DNA of 29,541 nt from Bacteroidota bacterium (lineage in GTDB: Bacteria; Bacteroidota; Bacteroidia; B-17B0; Aurantibacillaceae), in assembly GCA_005800865.1 (NCBI GenBank), contig SYEI01000364.1, forward strand, positions 1 to 29,541, given 5' to 3'. Each line of letters begins with the position of its first letter. Positions within the stretch are counted from its first letter, which is position 1. Shown piece after piece: positions 26,835 to 29,541 of the stretch. The notes under the pieces are model-generated. The model did no database searches. It was not told the origin of the DNA and saw only the letters and a program-made list of their open reading frames with translations. The position numbers and the translations under genes were made by a program.

Positions 26835-27584
26835 ATGAAAAAACTTTTACTTATAGCATCAACCTTATTTATTGGATTATCCAATTTAAATGCGCAAACA
26901 TCCATACAGTTAACTAATAACTCTACTGGCACTCCAATAACTAATAATATTGTTTTTTTAGAAGATGTTGCAACTGGTGGACAAAGTCATGTTTATATCC
27001 AATTAAAAAACATCAGTTCGTCTTCTGTAACTTATGCAGTTAAAAAAACCGAATTAGTTACCAATGCTGGAGCTGACATTTATTTTTGTTGGGGAGGACA
27101 GTGTTTCCCAACAACGACTACAGTAACTCCATTAGCGAACTATGTAACATTAACCGCTGGCCAAACTTATGCTCCTCAATCGTTTTATTATGATGAAAAT
27201 GTTGCAGAAGGTTATTCAGAAGTTAAATATGAAGTATATGACGTAAATAACACAAGTGATGCTGTTAGTTTTATCTTTAAATTCAATCCAAACTTAGCGT
27301 CTGTTAAAGATAACGGTAGTTTATTCACTTCTATTTCTGATGTGTTCCCAAATCCATCTGTAAATAAAGCGCAAATTGTAGTTAACTCTAAAGTTAACAC
27401 TAACAATGCTTCTATTAGTATTACAAATGCCTTAGGTTCTATTGTTTCAGTAAAAAATATTGAATTATCAGCTGGGAAAAATAATATTCACTTAGATTCT
27501 GAAAATTTAAATTCAGGAATTTATTTTGCTACTATCTCTTCTGGCAACAATAAAATTGTAAAAAAATTCACCGTAAATAAATAA
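26835..27584 (+). CDS. Small T9SS type-A sorting domain protein with one beta-rich (Ig-like) domain
   Basis: Signal peptide (MKKLLLIASTLFIGLSNLNA/Q); YFCWGGQCF motif; CTD VFPNPS...LNSGIYF...KKFTVNK. Confidence 0.85.
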   Translation: MKKLLLIASTLFIGLSNLNAQTSIQLTNNSTGTPITNNIVFLEDVATGGQSHVYIQLKNISSSSVTYAVKKTELVTNAGADIYFCWGGQCFPTTTTVTPLANYVTLTAGQTYAPQSFYYDENVAEGYSEVKYEVYDVNNTSDAVSFIFKFNPNLASVKDNGSLFTSISDVFPNPSVNKAQIVVNSKVNTNNASISITNALGSIVSVKNIELSAGKNNIHLDSENLNSGIYFATISSGNNKIVKKFTVNK

Positions 27585-27613
27585 TAAATAACTACTAACC
27601 CAAACACATAATC

Positions 27614-29431
27614 ATGAAAAAACAATTACTAACATTACTAGCAGCTGGAGCCACAGGTTCAATGTTTGCTCAATTACCGGTAAGTACAACTCCGTCTAAT
27701 AAAAATATCGTTTTAGAAGAATTCACAGGAATTCACTGCGGATATTGCCCAGATGGTCACGTTGTAGCGAATACTATTTATAACAATAACCCAGGAAGAG
27801 TGATTTTAATTAACATTCACTCAGGTAGTTTTGCAACTGCTGCAAATGGAGAGCAAGATTTAAAAACAACCATGGGAACGGCTATTGATGCCATGCCAGG
27901 TATGGGAATTACAGGTTACCCTGCAGGAGCAGTAAACAGAACTGTTTTAACAGGAACTGTAATGTCTGGTGGACGTGGTTCATGGACAGGTTGGGCTAAT
28001 ACTATTAAAGCACAATCTGCATATTGTAACGTAGCTGTTGAAGGATCTGTTAATGCTGTAACTAGAGTTTTAACATATACTGCTCAAGTACATTATACAG
28101 CTAATAGCCCAGTAGGCACAAACTCTTTAACTGTGATGTTATTGGAAGATAAAGTATTAGGTATTCAATCTAACTATGGTACTCCAACTCCATACAATGC
28201 TTCGAACTATAATGCTGACGGAACTTATAACCATAACCACGTATTACGTGCTGGTTTAACTGCTGGTAATTTTGGTATTACTATTCCAGTAACTACTTCT
28301 GGTACTACTTTTTCAACTACTGGTACTTATACAATTCCTGCTACTTACGGTGCGGTTAATAAAACTACTCCTTGTTTATTAGGAAATATTGAATTAGCAG
28401 CTTTTGTTACTCAAACAAATTCTGTAACAATCAATGGTGCATATGGCCCAATTGCTATCACAAACATTGCTAATGTTAGAGATGGTGCTGTAAGTAATTT
28501 AGTAGCTGATGCTGAAACTTGCGCAGGTAACTTACAACCAATGAAATTTAGCCTAACAAATAACGGTAGTGCTAATATGACTGCTGCAACTGTTTCTTAC
28601 TCTGTAAGCGGTGGTACAACAATGAACTACAACTTTACTGGTAACTTAGCTCCTTTTACACAAACTGTAATTACATTACCAGCATACTCTTTCCCTGCAT
28701 CTGCAACTAACACATTAAATGTTGCTATTACAAGTGTTAATGGTTCAACAGATCAAAACGCAGTTAACGACGTTGCTGTTAAATCAATTCCTTTAACAAC
28801 TAAAGTGGCTAACACTCCTTCAACAATGTCGATGAAATTTAAAACTGACCAATATGGTTCTGAATTATCTTGGGAAGTGCAAGAAGAAGTATCTGGCACT
28901 GTAGTAGCATCTGGTGGACCTTATACTGATTTAGCAGCATCTGGAACATCTGTACAACCAACAGTTACATTTACTGCAAACCCTAGCATGTGTTACAAAA
29001 CAATCATTTATGATTCTTATGGTGATGGTTACAATGCTGGATATGGTGTTGGTGGTTATACTATCACATCAGGAGCAGCTAACGTATATGTGAAATCTGC
29101 AGCTTTTGCTAGCGAAGACATCGCATTATGGAAAACAGCTACTGTTACTGGTATTACTGAAGTAAATTCTTCAATCTCTAATATTTCAGTTTACCCATCT
29201 CCTGCTAAAAATGCAGCTACTCTTTCTTTAGAGTTAGTTCAAAACGAAAACATTTCTATTAGTGTTATTAACACAGTTGGTCAAGTTGTATATACTGAAA
29301 CTTTAAACAATTTATCTGCTGGAAATCACGTGGTGAATTTCAATACTGAAAATTGGGCTTCTGGTATCTACAATATCAACATCTCTACTACAAACGGAAC
29401 TACAAACCGTAAATTAGTGATCGCAAAATAA
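27614..29431 (+). CDS. T9SS-secreted Omp28-related protein with thioredoxin-like CxxC
   Basis: Signal peptide; VLEEFTGIHCGYCPDGH; GYPAGAVNR; YNHNHVLR; CARDB-like NNGS segment; TDQYGSELSW...YDSYGDG domain; CTD VYPSPA...GIY...KLVIAK. Confidence 0.85.
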   Translation: MKKQLLTLLAAGATGSMFAQLPVSTTPSNKNIVLEEFTGIHCGYCPDGHVVANTIYNNNPGRVILINIHSGSFATAANGEQDLKTTMGTAIDAMPGMGITGYPAGAVNRTVLTGTVMSGGRGSWTGWANTIKAQSAYCNVAVEGSVNAVTRVLTYTAQVHYTANSPVGTNSLTVMLLEDKVLGIQSNYGTPTPYNASNYNADGTYNHNHVLRAGLTAGNFGITIPVTTSGTTFSTTGTYTIPATYGAVNKTTPCLLGNIELAAFVTQTNSVTINGAYGPIAITNIANVRDGAVSNLVADAETCAGNLQPMKFSLTNNGSANMTAATVSYSVSGGTTMNYNFTGNLAPFTQTVITLPAYSFPASATNTLNVAITSVNGSTDQNAVNDVAVKSIPLTTKVANTPSTMSMKFKTDQYGSELSWEVQEEVSGTVVASGGPYTDLAASGTSVQPTVTFTANPSMCYKTIIYDSYGDGYNAGYGVGGYTITSGAANVYVKSAAFASEDIALWKTATVTGITEVNSSISNISVYPSPAKNAATLSLELVQNENISISVINTVGQVVYTETLNNLSAGNHVVNFNTENWASGIYNINISTTNGTTNRKLVIAK

Positions 29432-29452
29432 ATTAGTTTTTTTATGTTTAAC

Positions 29453-29490
29453 AAAAGGCTTGGTGTTAGTTCATCAAGCCTTTTGTTTTT
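29453..29490 (+). terminator. Intrinsic terminator
   Basis: AAAAGGCTTGGTG-TTAGTT-CATCAAGCCTTTT followed by GTTTTT. Confidence 0.85.
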
Positions 29491-29541
29491 ACTGAATTTT
29501 TGAAACAAGCTGTAAAATACATATTTTTATAGAATCTTACA

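Noticed and set aside
1973-27406. Short overlapping ORFs from the track (60-108 aa), e.g. 1973..2170, 8823..9041, 15291..15575, 21150..21377, 23370..23696
   Set aside because: They lie largely or wholly within well-supported genes, mostly antisense, and show no recognisable motifs; treated as shadow ORFs.
1-29541. CRISPR array or known defence system
   Set aside because: No regularly spaced direct repeats and no cas, restriction-modification or toxin-antitoxin motifs recognised.

Overview
AT-rich chromosomal segment of a Bacteroidota bacterium. The assignment rests on three T9SS-type C-terminal sorting domains, TAnnTTTG -7 promoter boxes and a Bacteroidota-style sdhCAB operon. It contains 23 CDSs and one tRNA-Cys(GCA). 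Left to right: two tandem paralogous membrane/secreted proteins and a YbdL-type aminotransferase; tRNA-Cys; a Crp/Fnr regulator, yiaA and a CREST/alkaline-ceramidase-like hydrolase; a JmjC/cupin protein; a LytS-type sensor, LytTR regulator and T9SS LamG protein; Usp, DUF418 and an AlkB-type oxygenase; a TPR-4xGAF-PP2C(SpoIIE) phosphatase; a RetSat-like FAD oxidoreductase; sdhCAB; holB; nadD; two T9SS cargo proteins, one with an Omp28/CxxC domain. No CRISPR array, integrase or transposase was seen. The most notable observations: (1) the JmjC protein has H-C-A instead of H-x-D/E while keeping the other cofactor residues, the substitution typical of Fe/2OG halogenases; (2) the first gene, missing from the ORF track, runs in frame into a eukaryote-like Mn-SOD C-terminus, probably an assembly chimera; (3) an 18-bp perfect palindrome sits in frame inside nadD; (4) the same TGACAATTRTCA box lies exactly 35 bp upstream of the -7 element in two distant promoters; (5) the GAF array has an A-B-A-B pattern with a highly conserved half-domain. 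All family calls come from motif recognition by eye; no database search was run.
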